Origin: Candidatus Marsarchaeota archaeon
GTDB taxonomy: Archaea; Thermoproteota; Thermoprotei_A; Marsarchaeales; Marsarchaeaceae
Length of the DNA stretch: 64,000 bases
Assembly (NCBI GenBank): GCA_023487445.1
Contig: JAMDBQ010000006.1
Coordinates: 4,157-68,156 of the forward strand
Reading direction: 5' to 3'
Position 1 is the stretch's first letter. Each line of letters starts with the position of its first letter. The notes beneath the pieces are model-generated. The model worked only from the letters and a program-made list of their open reading frames with translations, had not been told where the DNA came from and did no database searches. The translations under genes and the position numbers were made by a program. Below are positions 39,438-48,621 of the stretch, in pieces.

Positions 39438-41075
39438 CTAAGTCAACGTAAGACCTTTGAAGGCCATTTTGTGAAGTTCAACCTCGAACAGCGCCACCGG
39501 GTAGTCTATACCCATTTCCACTAGAACCGACGGATCCACTTCGCCAATGAAGCCCGCCGCTGACCCGCCACTCTTCAGGTAGGCGGATCTACCCCTGATA
39601 AAACTGGGTACGTGGATGTTCTCGAACTCGGCGCGGTAACCCGTGTCGCGGCAGAACGAGTTGAACAGTTTCTCGACCGTAAGGGAGTCGGCGGTGTTCG
39701 CGCTTATTGCGGCCGCAGCATGTACTGCCTGAACGTATTCGCCGCAAGAGACGTACGCCACCGCGCCCACCTCGTACACCTGAAGAGGCTTGGGCTTGGT
39801 TTGGTTTCTGAACACAATCCAAAGCAGCCCGGGGTAAAGCCACGCCCTCAGACGGTTAAGCTCCTTCGAGTACGGGTTTGAAACCCGCACGTAACCTATT
39901 TCAGGGAAGGGGTTTGGAGGCTGGTTTTCGGAGGTAAGTAACAGGCTGTTGAATTCCACGAACCCAAGAGAGGCCAAGCTGTTTCTCGCGGCAGATGCAA
40001 GCCTCGTCGAGGGCTGCACTCCGCCGATAGTTGCTAAACTCGGCCGCTCTGGGGTGAACCCGTTGTACCCCGCCATAACCGCGACGTCCTCGACCAAGTC
40101 GACATCATCTATCAGGTCAACCCTGTAGCCTGGGACATTAACGTGCACTGCACCCCCAGCAGCCGCGGCGTCAAGCCTAGACTTTGAAAGATTCTCGACG
40201 ACGTCTTTAGCAGTGAACGACGTCCCCAGTAGCCTGTTGACGCCACCTACACTCAGCCTGAACTTCCTGCGGGGAACCACCTTCAAACCGGTTATCGCCG
40301 GCCGGCAAAGCGCACCACCGTACTCGCAGATGTTGTACGCAACCATCTCACACGCCGCGTGGGTCAGCCTTCTATCGGTTCCGGTGACATCCACGATAAA
40401 GTCCGTGGTGTTCTCCGACACTTGAGTGAGCTTGGCGTTTATGATCGGAGGCATGGAGAGCACCTCGCCTTCCTCGGTTGCGAACACGGGGTATTTCGCG
40501 CAACCCTTCAAAAGGTGGGCGTATTCAACTCCTTTATCGGTCGAGGTTAGAATGTTGTTAGCATTCATCGGCGCGTCTCCGTTGAGTGGAGTGAAAACTA
40601 TCTGAGACGGATCACGTGCTTGGTAGACTAGGGCGTGGGATTGTAGGCGGGAGTAGTCGTGCACACCTATCGCGAACTTAACCCTACCAGCGGAAAGAGT
40701 AGAGTGGAGCTTCTCCTGGTAGGCGAGAATGTCTCCTATAACTTCGGCGTCGGCTTTGACGCCCTTTACTACTAGGAAATCACAGTATGGGCGGATACCC
40801 GAAAGCGAGGAAACGTCGACTCTTACGGTGAAGTCTGTATCCGCCGCAACATACTTTGGTTCACCCTTTTCTACGCCGAGGTAACCTTTGACCGCCCGGG
40901 CAAGCCCGGAGGCACACATCATGTCAGGCCTGTCAGAGGTGAGTTCTAATTCGTAGTCTTTTCCGCTTACACGCATCTCCCCTTTCAGGTTGAACACGGC
41001 CTCTTCAAGTAACTCGGGTGTTACATCACCAATCAGCTTCCTCAGCAGACTGGAGCTTATTCTACATGTGGGCAA
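39438..41075 (-). CDS. pheT: Phenylalanine--tRNA ligase beta subunit
   Basis: DRPDM; QEKLH; SMPPIIN; YRVDLI..DLVEDVA. Confidence 0.95.
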   Translation of the reverse strand: MPTCRISSSLLRKLIGDVTPELLEEAVFNLKGEMRVSGKDYELELTSDRPDMMCASGLARAVKGYLGVEKGEPKYVAADTDFTVRVDVSSLSGIRPYCDFLVVKGVKADAEVIGDILAYQEKLHSTLSAGRVKFAIGVHDYSRLQSHALVYQARDPSQIVFTPLNGDAPMNANNILTSTDKGVEYAHLLKGCAKYPVFATEEGEVLSMPPIINAKLTQVSENTTDFIVDVTGTDRRLTHAACEMVAYNICEYGGALCRPAITGLKVVPRRKFRLSVGGVNRLLGTSFTAKDVVENLSKSRLDAAAAGGAVHVNVPGYRVDLIDDVDLVEDVAVMAGYNGFTPERPSLATIGGVQPSTRLASAARNSLASLGFVEFNSLLLTSENQPPNPFPEIGYVRVSNPYSKELNRLRAWLYPGLLWIVFRNQTKPKPLQVYEVGAVAYVSCGEYVQAVHAAAAISANTADSLTVEKLFNSFCRDTGYRAEFENIHVPSFIRGRSAYLKSGGSAAGFIGEVDPSVLVEMGIDYPVALFEVELHKMAFKGLTLT

Positions 41076-42534
41076 CTTTCGCGGAAGCCTCCTCCTTAGA
41101 AACCACGGCGTCCAAGTCCTGCGTGATTAGCTCTCTAATGTCGGTTAAGCCGTAGTACACCATGGCGAGCCTCGTCACTCCAATCCCCCAGGCGAGAACG
41201 GGAAACTTGATACCAAGCGGTCTAGTCACCTCGGGTCTGAACACACCTCCAGGGGCAACTTCGATCCAGCCGAGTTCGCCATGGTATGCGTAGCCTTCAA
41301 CTGAGGGTTCCGTGAACGGGAAGTAGCTAGGCTTGAACCTGAGCTTGGTGATCCCCAGACTTGATGCCAGCGCCTCGAGGAAACCGAGCAGATTCCTGAA
41401 GGTGAGCGACGGCCCACCCACTATGCCCTCACACTGGTCGAAGTCTGGGAGATGCGTTTGATCGATTGCGTCCCGCCTGAAATTCCTGTCTATCGTAAAG
41501 TACTTGAACGGGGCCGTAGGCTTCTCCGCAAGCCTGCGTGCCGAAACCGCCGTTGTGTGTGAACGCAGCACAAGCCTACCTGCGGCAACAGCGTCCCAGC
41601 GGTAACCCCACCCTTTCTCATGTGCTCTACCCACTCTCAAAGCGGCCTCCCGGGAAGGGCGTGGCCCGAGCCTAACGTCGCTAGAGACCGCGTAGCTATC
41701 ATGCTCCTCTCTAGCGGTGTGGTTCTGGGGTACGAAGAGGGCGTCGAAGTTCCAGAACTCGTACTCCATATAGGGGCCGAGCATCTCCTCGAACCCCATG
41801 GATACAAGGATTTCGCGAACCGTGGATATGAACTCCTTGTAGAAGTGGCGTTTACCCCTGAGAGCGGCTGTGGCTTCGCTTGATCCGAACGCATAGGGTG
41901 GCAGCGTGAACCTCGAGTAGCTTCCGGCGGTGATGTCCCTATGGGTTAGGGCCGTGTGAACCCGCGTCTTCAAAACCTCATGAACGGACACGCCCTGGGC
42001 AAGCCTCACCCTCACACTACTTGCTTCTCTCACCTCAACGATTTGCCTGGCCTTCAGGTCCATGTATTCGTGCGGAACCTCGTCAAACACCAGCCTCCCC
42101 TTTTCCCTCAGCTTGTCGAACGCTTCCGACAAATCCCTCTTCTGAGCGCTTTTGGTAAGGATCCTACCCGAATCCGAAGTTGTGAGGCGAAGCATGCCAC
42201 GTCTGAGACCCCAGGCCACTCCGGCCTTGAAATCGTCGGGTGAGAGCCCGGAACCGGTTTTCGCAGCATCAATCGGAACGCCCTCACCCACGTATTCATA
42301 GAGAACGTCTTCGGGCAGCTTCCCAAGCTTTTCGCCCCTTTCAGTGAGACGAACTTCGTAGAGCTTCGACTCGGAGCGCTGGAGCAAACCCTTGCTCCAG
42401 AGCCCTTCAACCGCGGAAGAAACCGAGGCGACTGGCAGCCGGGTGGCTTCACACAAATCGTCAAGGGAGAACTCGCCTCCTCCCCCCAAAGCCTTCAGAA
42501 CCATGGCTTCGGTCTCAGTTACCCCGGCGCTCAC
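41062..42534 (-). CDS. pheS: Phenylalanine--tRNA ligase alpha subunit
   Basis: FWNFDALFVPQ; LRSHTT; FPFTEPS; AWGIG. Confidence 0.96.
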   Translation of the reverse strand: MSAGVTETEAMVLKALGGGGEFSLDDLCEATRLPVASVSSAVEGLWSKGLLQRSESKLYEVRLTERGEKLGKLPEDVLYEYVGEGVPIDAAKTGSGLSPDDFKAGVAWGLRRGMLRLTTSDSGRILTKSAQKRDLSEAFDKLREKGRLVFDEVPHEYMDLKARQIVEVREASSVRVRLAQGVSVHEVLKTRVHTALTHRDITAGSYSRFTLPPYAFGSSEATAALRGKRHFYKEFISTVREILVSMGFEEMLGPYMEYEFWNFDALFVPQNHTAREEHDSYAVSSDVRLGPRPSREAALRVGRAHEKGWGYRWDAVAAGRLVLRSHTTAVSARRLAEKPTAPFKYFTIDRNFRRDAIDQTHLPDFDQCEGIVGGPSLTFRNLLGFLEALASSLGITKLRFKPSYFPFTEPSVEGYAYHGELGWIEVAPGGVFRPEVTRPLGIKFPVLAWGIGVTRLAMVYYGLTDIRELITQDLDAVVSKEEASAKVAHM

Positions 42535-43007
42535 GCGGTCGGCGTCACACTCCTTGCCACGCGTTTACCCAGCATGTCTATTTCACCGTTGAGTATGCGG
42601 GTGGTTGACACAGGCCTACCATCATAAGCCTTTACAGTGGGAACCAACACGATCTCAACCGGCGGAAGACCCCTTGAAACCCTCTGAATATTTATTTCAC
42701 AGGCATAAGGCAGATTTTCTTCGCTTGTAACAAGGTGAGAGTAGCCTGAGTCGGATAAAACTGGTCCCGCGTGGTCGAGTAGTTTAACCACCTTCGGATC
42801 CACTCCGAACTTCATTCTGAAGAACTCGGAAACTCTTCGGCTCCTCGCTTCGAAGCCGGGGACCCCATGATACTTGGCTATGAGTGGCTCAAAGGTGACG
42901 CCCACCGTGACCTCTCCTCCCAGCTCAACGCACTTTTTGAAAAGCGATCTATGCCCGACGTGAATCACTGCAAACGTGCCGCCCGTAGCAACTTTACCCG
43001 ACCCCAT
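42531..43007 (-). CDS. coaD: Phosphopantetheine adenylyltransferase (archaeal CoaD type)
   Basis: GGTF..HVGH; GP; VTSEE; IN..R..GL; STTRI..GEID. Confidence 0.88.
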   Translation of the reverse strand: MGSGKVATGGTFAVIHVGHRSLFKKCVELGGEVTVGVTFEPLIAKYHGVPGFEARSRRVSEFFRMKFGVDPKVVKLLDHAGPVLSDSGYSHLVTSEENLPYACEINIQRVSRGLPPVEIVLVPTVKAYDGRPVSTTRILNGEIDMLGKRVARSVTPTA

Positions 43008-43211
43008 TACCCATCACGCACCCACGTCGTACGGTGTGGTGCCGTAGCCAGCCATCCTCCAGCCTTCACGTAGCTCAACCAGTGCTTCTCAAGAACCACA
43101 GTATTTAAGCACCACTTAGAGGAGCCGAACCCTGCGCACCCACCGCCACGGGCTCCCCGTCTCCAAGGGAGGCGCGTGCGCTCGGGCAGCCAGCCCAGCG
43201 CCCCTCCAAGG

Positions 43212-43286
43212 CGGGCCCGGAGGGATTTGAACCCTCGACCTACGGCTCCGAAGGCCGCCGCCCTATCCATGCTAGGCTACGGGCCC
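43212..43286 (-). tRNA. tRNA-Arg(TCG)
   Basis: GGGCCCG acceptor; GCGGC-CTTCGGA-GCCGT; GGTTCAAATCC. Confidence 0.95.
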
Positions 43287-43370
43287 GGCACACCTATTTC
43301 CAAGGACGATTTAAGCTAGGGGGACTGCGCCTGCAAAAACAGTTAAGACTACCCCGTCAAACCACGGTGC

Positions 43371-44042
43371 ATGCGCGACACGGTCATAATCAACTATAAA
43401 ACTTACCCCTCAGTGGCAGGCAAAGAGGGTCTGAGACTGGCAATCGAAGCCACGTCCGTAAGTAGAGAGTTCGGCATCGAGTTAGTAGTCGCCCCCAACC
43501 TTGTGGATACCTCCCTCTTCTGCCAGGCGGGTGGACTAACAGTATTCGCCCAACACTGCGACCTTGGAAACAGAGGTAACATGACCGGCAGAGTGACCCT
43601 TGACTCCCTTAGAACCGTGGGAGCCGAGGGCTTGCTTGTGAACCACTCCGAGTACCCTCAGACAGACTCGGAAATAGAAGAGTTGGTCATGCAGGCACGC
43701 CAAATGGGGCTTAAAACCTGTGTATGCGTCCCCGATTCGTCAAAGCTTGAGGCATACGCTCGTCTCTGCCCAGACTACCTTGCAGTCGAACCCCCTGAGC
43801 TGATAGGGGGCGACGTGTCGGTCTCAAAGGCTCGCCCCGGCCTCCTCAAGGAGGCGTTTAAAGCGATCAGGTCTTCGTCTAAAACAACCGCTCCGTTATG
43901 CGGTGCAGGCATAAAGACCGCTGAAGACGTCAGCGTTGCGAAGAAGCTGGGCGGCTCGGGCGTGCTCATAGCAAGCGGGTTCGTCCTCTCAGACGACCCA
44001 ATCTCTCAGCTCGCCAACTTAATCTCCGGATTCTCCGGGTAA
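43371..44042 (+). CDS. tpiA: Triosephosphate isomerase (archaeal type)
   Basis: INYKTY; AQH; NHSE; AVEPPELIG; GAGI. Confidence 0.96.
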   Translation: MRDTVIINYKTYPSVAGKEGLRLAIEATSVSREFGIELVVAPNLVDTSLFCQAGGLTVFAQHCDLGNRGNMTGRVTLDSLRTVGAEGLLVNHSEYPQTDSEIEELVMQARQMGLKTCVCVPDSSKLEAYARLCPDYLAVEPPELIGGDVSVSKARPGLLKEAFKAIRSSSKTTAPLCGAGIKTAEDVSVAKKLGGSGVLIASGFVLSDDPISQLANLISGFSG

Positions 44043-45800
44043 CTCGGCTATCGAAGACTCGTAGAAGTATTCTCCGATGTCCTTCTGGTGCCTGTCCAAG
44101 TTGCTGCCGACCTTGTTAGCCCGGGGCCTCCCCGTCTCCTTATCCCTTCTAAACGTAATCCCCAACCCCTGCAGAAACCGGTTAAGACCCTCCCTGAGCG
44201 TGGTGGTTTTGCATACGTGTCCACGCACACCCGGCTCACCCTCGACCACTATGAGGTAGTCCGACACATAGTCTATCATAGCCAGGTCGTGGTCCACCAC
44301 AAACGCCACCGCATCCCTGTTTTCCACGTTGCGCCTTATCGCCTTGGACACGAACAGCCGCTCCTCTACATCCAGGTAGGCGCTGGGTTCATCCAAGAGA
44401 TATACGTCAGCGTCAACGGCTAGGCTCAGAACAGTGGCAACCCGCTGCAGCTCCCCTCCGCTAAGTTCGGAGACGTTCTTCTGGGTCAGCCTGTTTATCC
44501 TGAGCGGCTCGTATACGTCGGTCATGAACGCGTTTTCATCAAGCGCCTTACTCGCGTATTTTGCGAACATCTCTTCCACGGTGCCATCGAACTTGGGTGT
44601 AAGAGTCTGAGGCTTGTAGCTCACACTTACGCTTCTACCTGCAAAATAGGCCTCTTTAAAGTAGGCCTGCAGCCTCGATATAAAAGAAGTTTTACCAACG
44701 CCGTTCTCCCCCACGAGACCCACGGCTGTGCCCTTGTATACAGCCCCCGGCTCGACGTCGAGTGTGAAGCCTGAATCGTACGACATCGAAAGCCTGGGCC
44801 ACTCAAGTGGACGCGTCTGGGGTGCCTTATATTCTGAGGAGCGCTTCCTGAATATGATGGGGTTCGAATGAATCTTCATGTTCTTGTCCGGCAGGTAGCC
44901 TGTGAGCATCGCGTTGATACCCGTGTTGGTGGAGTAGGAGTTGGAGACGTAGCCATACGCCCCCGCCTCACCATACACCACTACCACGTAGTCTGAAAGG
45001 TAGTCGAGCACCGCAAGGTCATGCTCTACTACGCAGACATACTTGCCCTCCGAGGCAAGCCCGCGTATTAGCCGGCTCATCACAAACCTGTCGCGTACAT
45101 CGAGAAAACTCGCAGGTTCATCGAAGAAGTAGGCGTCGGCATCTGTGCCAACCACCTTGGCGATAGCCGCCTTCTGAAGCTCCCCCCCGCTAACCACATC
45201 CATTGTTCTTCCAAGCACGTTTGTGAGGTTAAGCTCCCCAACGATGCGGGGGTCAACCCCTGCAAGGTAGTCTGATACACGCATGTTGGTTTTAAGGTGG
45301 TCAAGGTACTGGGGTTTGACAACCACCCTGAGCTCCCCGGTATAAAGATCGGTGAAGTATCTTTGAAGCTCCTTGCCCCTGAAAAATTTTATCACACTGT
45401 CACGGGAAGCGTCTTCTGAACCCAAGTTAGGCACGAGTTCGCCCGTCAAAACCTTGAGCGAAGTGGTTTTACCCGCGCCGTTTCTGCCCAGCACGCCTAC
45501 CACCGCCCCCTTCTTCAACGTGGGTAGCCAGAACAGCGTGAATCCACTCGACCGATACTTGTTCACAATCGTATCAGACCATGAGTCGGGGACGTTCAGG
45601 ATGGTTATCGCCGTAAACGGGCACTTGTTCACGCATATCCCGCAGCCGATGCACAGATCCTCGTCGATCTTTGCCTTCTTCGTCGAAGGCTCGATCACGA
45701 TGGTTAGAGGCTTAACCCTTTCGACCGGGCAAACACGAATGCAGAGATTGCCGCACTTTTCGGGCTTACACTGCTCCTGCTCAACGCTTGCTATTCTCAT
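44019..45800 (-). CDS. abcE1: ABCE1/RLI ribosome recycling ATPase
   Basis: N-terminal FeS domain (CIGCGICVNKCP); two NBDs; ITFRRD..GRPR.NK. Confidence 0.97.
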   Translation of the reverse strand: MRIASVEQEQCKPEKCGNLCIRVCPVERVKPLTIVIEPSTKKAKIDEDLCIGCGICVNKCPFTAITILNVPDSWSDTIVNKYRSSGFTLFWLPTLKKGAVVGVLGRNGAGKTTSLKVLTGELVPNLGSEDASRDSVIKFFRGKELQRYFTDLYTGELRVVVKPQYLDHLKTNMRVSDYLAGVDPRIVGELNLTNVLGRTMDVVSGGELQKAAIAKVVGTDADAYFFDEPASFLDVRDRFVMSRLIRGLASEGKYVCVVEHDLAVLDYLSDYVVVVYGEAGAYGYVSNSYSTNTGINAMLTGYLPDKNMKIHSNPIIFRKRSSEYKAPQTRPLEWPRLSMSYDSGFTLDVEPGAVYKGTAVGLVGENGVGKTSFISRLQAYFKEAYFAGRSVSVSYKPQTLTPKFDGTVEEMFAKYASKALDENAFMTDVYEPLRINRLTQKNVSELSGGELQRVATVLSLAVDADVYLLDEPSAYLDVEERLFVSKAIRRNVENRDAVAFVVDHDLAMIDYVSDYLIVVEGEPGVRGHVCKTTTLREGLNRFLQGLGITFRRDKETGRPRANKVGSNLDRHQKDIGEYFYESSIAELPGESGD

Positions 45801-45824
45801 GGTTCTGCTTGTCCAAGCGGATGG

Positions 45825-46079
45825 CTAGTCGTCCGAAGACTCTTCCTCTTCCTCCAGATCGTAGGATTCAAGGAAGGCCTCCTTCTGCTCTTTGTCTACG
45901 CCTTCCTCGTCGGCTGAGTCATCCACCACTACGTCCACTGATTTGCGGACGGGTATCACCCTCTCAGCCTTGGTGTTTCTGAACGGGGCCGTGTACCCGC
46001 ACTTAGCGCAGTAAAGAACAGTCTTCTTCTTGTCTTTACGCGGGACCATGACCCCGCCACACTTCGGACAGTACTGCAA
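45825..46079 (-). CDS. TFS/RpoM-like single zinc-ribbon protein with acidic tail
   Basis: YCPKCGGVMVP..YCAKCGY; no second ribbon; ends EEEEESSDD. Confidence 0.85.
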   Translation of the reverse strand: MQYCPKCGGVMVPRKDKKKTVLYCAKCGYTAPFRNTKAERVIPVRKSVDVVVDDSADEEGVDKEQKEAFLESYDLEEEEESSDD

Positions 46080-46117
46080 TCCAATCTCCCTAGACGCGTA
46101 CCGTGAAGATAAAAACG

Positions 46118-46246
46118 CTACTCCCCCGAAGAATCGTCGAGGGAGGGCTCCGAATCGTCGTCTAGAATGTCGTCGTCGAGGTCGTCGTCGAATTCCTCAT
46201 CGAGCTCGTCAGCGTCGTCTACGTCTTCCTCTTCACCAAAATACAA
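46118..46246 (-). CDS. 42-aa hyper-acidic micropeptide
   Basis: TTG start 8 nt after GGAGGT; MYFGEEEDVDDADELDEEFDDDLDDDILDDDSEPSLDDSSGE. Confidence 0.65.
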   Translation of the reverse strand: MYFGEEEDVDDADELDEEFDDDLDDDILDDDSEPSLDDSSGE

Positions 46247-46332
46247 ACAGTAAAACCTCCAAATTCGGCGTTAGGTCGACTACAAATATTTAAACCCTGC
46301 TCACGCACATCTACAGCAGAGGCGAGTGCACC

Positions 46333-46908
46333 ACGTCAACACAGTCCACCCAGACAACTTTCATCCTCTTCTCGTACGTCTACAAGGAGGCCAACGCCTC
46401 CTACGAATTCGAGGACGCGCTGGCGGAAGCCGGAATAGCGTGCTCGGTTAAACCAACGCAGACGCCGGGTCTCTTGATTGCAAAAGCCGAATCAGACAAG
46501 TCCTCGGTGTTCCAGGCGCTCGACCGAGGTGCGTGGAGGTTCTCCGCGTTGCTGAAGGTTGCATATTCCACATACAGTGCAGCCTTAGTAGACCTTCCAC
46601 AGAGGCTGGGTGAACTCTGCCCCCTGCTAAACCAGGCGGTTTCCAGACGCGCTTACAGGATCACGGTTAGAAGAATGCATTCCCAACAGGCCAAAGACAC
46701 CCTGATAAGGGGCCTCGCAGCGTGCATCGAGGGTGAGGTGGATCTAAAAGAATACGAAGTGGATGTTACAGTTTACAACGTCGGGGGAAGACTCTATTTT
46801 GTGTTCAACGCCTTAACCGATGAATTCGTATCCGAGCGGGCAAGGTTTACATCCGGCCCCGGGGATCAAAGTTTGGATAGAAGCGACGAGTTGACTCGTG
46901 CTAGCTGA
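46333..46908 (+). CDS. THUMP-domain protein (start unresolved; frame open upstream of TTG 46474)
   Basis: YRITVRR..GEVDLKEYEVDVTV THUMP pattern; the upstream in-frame FILFS..KE..A..E segment looks coding. Confidence 0.65.
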   Translation, partial: TSTQSTQTTFILFSYVYKEANASYEFEDALAEAGIACSVKPTQTPGLLIAKAESDKSSVFQALDRGAWRFSALLKVAYSTYSAALVDLPQRLGELCPLLNQAVSRRAYRITVRRMHSQQAKDTLIRGLAACIEGEVDLKEYEVDVTVYNVGGRLYFVFNALTDEFVSERARFTSGPGDQSLDRSDELTRAS

Positions 46909-47345
46909 ACCCTGTCTTCCGGGCTGAGCGCGGCGTATCCCAGTTTGACTTCCACCCCCACACCCACCCTTTCCTTCGCCTTAGTTTCTGGCCCATCTTC
47001 CGCCACGTCGCCTCCCTTGCCTTCACCCGGTTCTTCTTCGCCTCCGAAAATTTTCATGAGGTAGCAGTATTTCTTGGAGCACCCCGCGTTCTTCATACTC
47101 ACGATTTCCGACACCCGGGTGATGCCTGTCAGACACACCACGAATTCGTAGTCAAGGTGTTTGGATATTGAGAAGCCGTTCATCCAGCGTATGCACGCAT
47201 GGTGGAACGCCACTACAAACAGCCAGGGGTTGACCTCTCTATCCGAGGAGAGCGCCACCCAGCCCTTCGGCGCCTCCCCCCCTATGTTCGACTTCAGAAC
47301 ACGGAGGCCGAAGCTTCTATTCCCTAGATTTACCTTTAGCATCAA
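46866..47345 (-). CDS. KEOPS subunit Cgi121-like protein
   Basis: A..HA..W.NG..ISKHLDYEF..LTG.TRVSE pattern. Confidence 0.6.
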   Translation of the reverse strand: MMLKVNLGNRSFGLRVLKSNIGGEAPKGWVALSSDREVNPWLFVVAFHHACIRWMNGFSISKHLDYEFVVCLTGITRVSEIVSMKNAGCSKKYCYLMKIFGGEEEPGEGKGGDVAEDGPETKAKERVGVGVEVKLGYAALSPEDRVQLARVNSSLLSKL

Positions 47346-47901
47346 GCACCATTTCCACTAAACCAGTTAGGCCCGCATCCACACCGATTTCGGAACCAAG
47401 TCTGGAAACATCTGCTCCCGGCTTAGCCTTGGGTGACAGAGTTTCAACAAGCTCCCAGGGAAACACAACCCACTCAGACACCTCTTTGAAGAAGTAGTCA
47501 GGCACAAGCTTAGACCAAGGCTTAGTGTAGAGTGTAGCGGTCCTGAACTTGGTCGCCCCACTCCTCCTAAGTGCGTCGATGATAGCGATCAGGCTTGAGC
47601 CGCTGTCTGATATGTCGTCTACGAGCAACAGCCGGGAGTCGATCAACTCCGCTGGGACATCCTCAAGAAGCCTCAGACTGCCCTTCACCTCGTTGTCATA
47701 GGACTCGATCTGAACCGACACCAACCTCCTCACCGAAAGGAAGTCGCTAAGCAGCCTAGCTGGCACCCACCCCCCCCGAGCAATGCCCAGCACGGCATCG
47801 AATCCTTCACCTTTGATCTTTATCGAGGCAGCGATTCTGGCAGTAGCTTCATACACCTCGCCCCACGTCACCGGAAGATACTTCGGCAAGCTACCCACCA
47901 T
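47317..47901 (-). CDS. Type I purine phosphoribosyltransferase (Gpt/Hpt-like)
   Basis: IARGGWVPARLLSD; LVDDISDSGSSL; WVVFPWE. Confidence 0.92.
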   Translation of the reverse strand: MVGSLPKYLPVTWGEVYEATARIAASIKIKGEGFDAVLGIARGGWVPARLLSDFLSVRRLVSVQIESYDNEVKGSLRLLEDVPAELIDSRLLLVDDISDSGSSLIAIIDALRRSGATKFRTATLYTKPWSKLVPDYFFKEVSEWVVFPWELVETLSPKAKPGADVSRLGSEIGVDAGLTGLVEMVLDAKGKSRE

Positions 47902-48187
47902 GCACCACTGGCACGACTGTTATGACGTCTTCGTCACGAAGCCTCGCGCCTAGCCCGCCACATATTTCTGCGTCGACCCCGTTCAGGAGGACAATCACGT
48001 CCCTTGAGACACCTCCCCTTTCAAAAAGCCTGTCACTGACACGCTGGTCGCCCGAGTATGCTTCTCTCAGAGCATCTCCCACGCTTACTTCGTCACCCAG
48101 CTCCACCAAGAGTTCGCCGCGTCCACCCATGTTCAGCCATCCCATACCCTTAACCTTGACCTTCACGGCAGAGTCCACCAAATCCAT
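47891..48187 (-). CDS. Ubiquitin-like MoaD/SAMP/Urm1 protein
   Basis: IVLLNG.D..L.DED.I..VPVVHGG (C-terminal GG). Confidence 0.92.
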   Translation of the reverse strand: MDLVDSAVKVKVKGMGWLNMGGRGELLVELGDEVSVGDALREAYSGDQRVSDRLFERGGVSRDVIVLLNGVDAEICGGLGARLRDEDVITVVPVVHGG

Positions 48188-48258
48188 GCGGGTCAGCGAG
48201 GCGCATGCTCGTCACGGCTCAGCGCAGGTCAGCATAACATCATACCCGCAAAACAGCG

Positions 48259-48477
48259 TCATACAAGATCCAGTTGCTCTTCCTGCGGCCTCGATCTGGT
48301 CTTCAGGATCCTAGTTACGCTGCCAGTCACCTTGTTGAGAGTCCTCTTTGAGTCGGCGTTTATGAGCTTCTGAACAACAGGTTTGTTCTCTTCAAACTTC
48401 AAACTGAAGACGTCAGGGTAGGCATCCACAAGCTGCTTGGCTACCCTCTTAATCATCCTTGTCTTGATATTACCCAT
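48259..48477 (-). CDS. rps17e: 30S ribosomal protein S17e
   Basis: MGNIKTRMIKR..F..FEENK..SKR..NKV.G.VTR. Confidence 0.95.
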   Translation of the reverse strand: MGNIKTRMIKRVAKQLVDAYPDVFSLKFEENKPVVQKLINADSKRTLNKVTGSVTRILKTRSRPQEEQLDLV

Positions 48478-48621
48478 TTGCAGTGTCCAACACCACCCCC
48501 ACCCATATTTATGTTCTGTCGGGCCAGCTGACTTCTACCGCCGAACCCGTTTTCCTTTCACCTTTTCACCGCGTAAAGCTAAAAAACCCAAATTAACCCA
48601 TTCTTCAAAGGTGAATTTTAA

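Noticed and set aside
46030..46293. Arg-rich 87-aa plus-strand ORF resembling a protamine-like protein
   Set aside because: It is the antisense shadow of the GAC-rich acidic micropeptide, which has the SD motif, and it overlaps the TFS-like gene.
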